From positions 1,116,001-1,180,000 of the forward strand of contig NW_026250407.1 in the NCBI RefSeq assembly GCF_024521635.1: 64,000 bases of DNA, in the 5' to 3' direction. This document shows, piece after piece, positions 61,344 through 64,000 of this stretch. A program made the position numbers and the translations under genes. The first letter of the stretch is position 1; every line of letters starts with the position of its first letter. The notes beneath the pieces are model-generated. The model ran no database searches, had not been told where the DNA came from, and saw only the letters and a program-made list of their open reading frames with translations. Origin of the DNA: Tricharina praecox (taxonomy: Eukaryota).

Positions 61344-62432
61344 GCGCAACAAACCGTCCACCGCTCCCGCAAGCGAGAGCGAGAGCGGCCATGCATTCAT
61401 CGGATAGGTACCGTACCACATGTATCGAACAGCGACCCGTCAGCCGAGTCGGTTGCCACGGCCGCCACGAGCAGTACATAGGCCACGAGCAATAGGCCAC
61501 GAGCAGTGGAATCACGAAGAAGGAAGAAGGAGGAGGAGGCTGAGCGTCACGGCAACACCGGCACCGCGTGAATCCAGGGGAGGACAACCACATGAGATTC
61601 AAGCGGCGGAAGCAGACGGATCGTGGCGATATGCCCATGCCCATGCCCCTGCCCATCGTGCCTGTTTACGGGCTGCTCGGTATTAGTATGTGCCAAATCG
61701 AACTACGTAGAGTGCTACTAATAGTTATGTGCTGCTTCAAGATGTTTTGCCCAGGCCGCAGTGCCGCATCCACTCGATCGCGTCGGGGAGTGTACTCTGC
61801 CTGTGCAGAGTACGCACCTGCCTACATACCCGGTCCACTCCACTCAGCTCGCCTTGCAATTGCAAGGTTGAGGTTGGCCGCTCCCATCCCATCCCAGCTC
61901 CCAGCTCCTAACATGCCTGAATTGAATTGAATCTGAAGCCATCGGATCGAGCCGAAGAGAATAGGGAGCTACTCTACATGCTTCCCCTGCGATCTCGGAT
62001 GTGGTTTGGAAGGGGGTACATAACTAGAGTACATGGCTGGGGAAGTTGCGGATGTGTAAAGTGGTGGAGCCAGGAGCACGCGCGCAAGCATGCGGTACAG
62101 ACGGAGTTTCGGGATGTAGGGATATAGAGAGACGGAGCGTTGGAGCGTTGGAGCAGGCAGGTGCGGCGGTCGTGGTGGCCGTGGTGGTGGCCGTGGTTGC
62201 ATGGTGGAGCACCCTACCCAGCATGTAGACACGGGGTTTATCCGAACGTGCATGGTGGGTGGGCACGCAAGCAACAGGCAAGCAACAGGCAGAAGAACGG
62301 GTGTACCTGCATGCGCGGAAAGCATCGGTACAGACATCAAGTAATGTACATAGACTGATGGGCTCGCGAACTACAATCTCGTCCCCGCGAACTCTCCTCC
62401 ATCCCCCATCTTTCATCCTCGGCTCTCCTACG

Positions 62433-62719
62433 AAAAAATAAAAGAAAAGAAAAAGAAAAGAAAAGAAAAGAAAAAGAAAAGAAAAGAAAAGAAAAGAAAA
62501 AGAAAAGAAAAGAAAAGAAAAAGAAAAGAAAAGAAAGAAAAGAAAAAGAAAAGAAAAGAAAAAGAAAAGGAAAAGAAAAGAAAAAGAAAAGAAAAAGAAA
62601 AGAAAAAGAAAAGAAAAAGAAAAGAAAAAGAAAAGAAAAAGAAAAGAAAAAGAAAAGAAAAAGAAAAGAAAAAGAAAAGAAAAAGAAAAGAAAAAGAAAA
62701 GAAAAAGAAAAGAAAAAAG
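62433..62719. repeat. Polypurine (AAAAG/AAAAAG)n tract, about 285 bp
   Basis: Read directly. Confidence 0.97.
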
Positions 62720-63799
62720 CAACAACCGTCCTACATATCGGCATCATCATACGTACTCCGATCCGCACCTACCTACTCGACTCTGCTCTGCTCTACTCCA
62801 CGCACGCACGCACCTTCCCGCGATGCAAATCCCCGCTTGATGCTGCACGATGCGCCGGCGTATCGGCAGGTGGAGGTCGATTGGATATTTCTCCATCTGG
62901 TCTGGTGTCGCCATGTTTAGCCTCTGTGTATGTGTGTAGGTTCGCGCGAGTCGCTATGTTCCGAGGCTTCTACATATAGACGGTATGATACCACTACGAT
63001 AGTCTGCTGTAGTTACAGTACTGTAGTTACAAGTAGTCTCACGGCTCCGTGAAGTAAAAGCGCATACTTGTCCATCACGACACACTTCTTACCTGGGTAG
63101 ATATTGCGGGACCGACGGGCCATCGCATCTACATGCCCCCATACCCGAGGAACCCGGATATGATGAACCTGGCGCCCTTCTGGCAGAAGGCATCGTCAAG
63201 GCACTGGCGTCGGGTTGGGTTGGGTTGGAACGGGACCGGGAAAACACAGCATGCATAGGTAGTCAGTCGGCCAGTCCCTACACACCAGCTGAGTACAGCC
63301 AGTTACTACGGTATCGCAAGTATTTGCCCATGTACTTATACATACTCACCTGTGGTGTCTACATGGTGTAGGTATACATAGTAGTTACAGGGAGTCCTTC
63401 CGACCCTGCAGCCTGCAGTTGAAGTTTTCCCAGTGTTGCGCCATCTCGTACTATGTATCTCCATGCCAGTACATAACCAAACCAACACGCCTGAAGAAAA
63501 ACTGTCGCGTCCCCTGCAGAGTACTCTACATATCGTGCTCTAGTTGTTTGTACTAGTTACCTAGTGGTATGTAGTACTGTTGCTGGATGGATAGGTACTC
63601 TGCACAACTGCTATTCCTGTTCCACTCCAATATGTCGTATGTACACATTTGGCTGGGTGGAGCCGTACTCTACTCTATTTCCCTGCCTGTACCTGTGCCT
63701 GTTCTTGTGTACCCGACAGCGAGCGTCCCAGAGAGGGACGAGGGACGAGGGGAGGCTAGAGAGGAAGGCAGGAAGGGAGGCTAAGGAGGTAGGAAGAGA

Positions 63800-63881
63800 G
63801 GAAGGAAGGAAGGAAGGAAGGAAGGAAGGAAGGAAGGAAGGAAGGAAGGAAGGAAGGAAGGAAGGAAGGAAGGAAGGAAGG
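63800..63881. repeat. (GGAA)n microsatellite
   Basis: About 20 copies read directly. Confidence 0.97.
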
Positions 63882-64000
63882 TCGAAAGGACGAAACAGAG
63901 AAAGGCAGCAAGTCGCGGACGATACATAAAAGCCGCCAACGTCGCCGCTCCGTTCCCCTTGATCGAGTCCAGTACGTCCACACGCGTGTTGACACCCACT

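Noticed and set aside
62024..62768. Phe/Ser/Leu-rich ORFs on the minus strand
   Set aside because: They are translation artefacts of the (AAAAG)n tract.

Overview
Intron-rich filamentous ascomycete chromosomal DNA (short GT-AG introns with CTRAC/CTRAY branch sites). Pezizomycetes is a plausible lineage, but that is inference only. Positions 1-52 kb are mostly housekeeping genes: Hst4-type sirtuin (partial), PGK1, SEM1, IML2, a peroxisomal alpha/beta hydrolase, RTT107/Brc1, MDM1, SSK2, a long Msp1-family AAA ATPase, DIB1, a HAUS4-like augmin subunit, RPL9, complex I ESSS/NDUFB11, BAT1 and SCY1. Accessory material lies between them: a divergent GH51 arabinofuranosidase and MFS sugar-transporter pair, a frameshifted amidoligase pseudogene, two 3' fragments of one LINE family (one with a perfect 13-bp TSD), a small hairpin/MITE-like element upstream of SSK2, and an orphan gene with a possible PemK/MazF-like fold behind a mitochondrial-type presequence. 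After a single-pass membrane protein gene at 56-57 kb, the last 7 kb are gene-free and hold a higher-order repeat array and microsatellites. I found no tRNA, rRNA or CRISPR. Gene spans are ATG-to-stop including introns and were spliced by eye.
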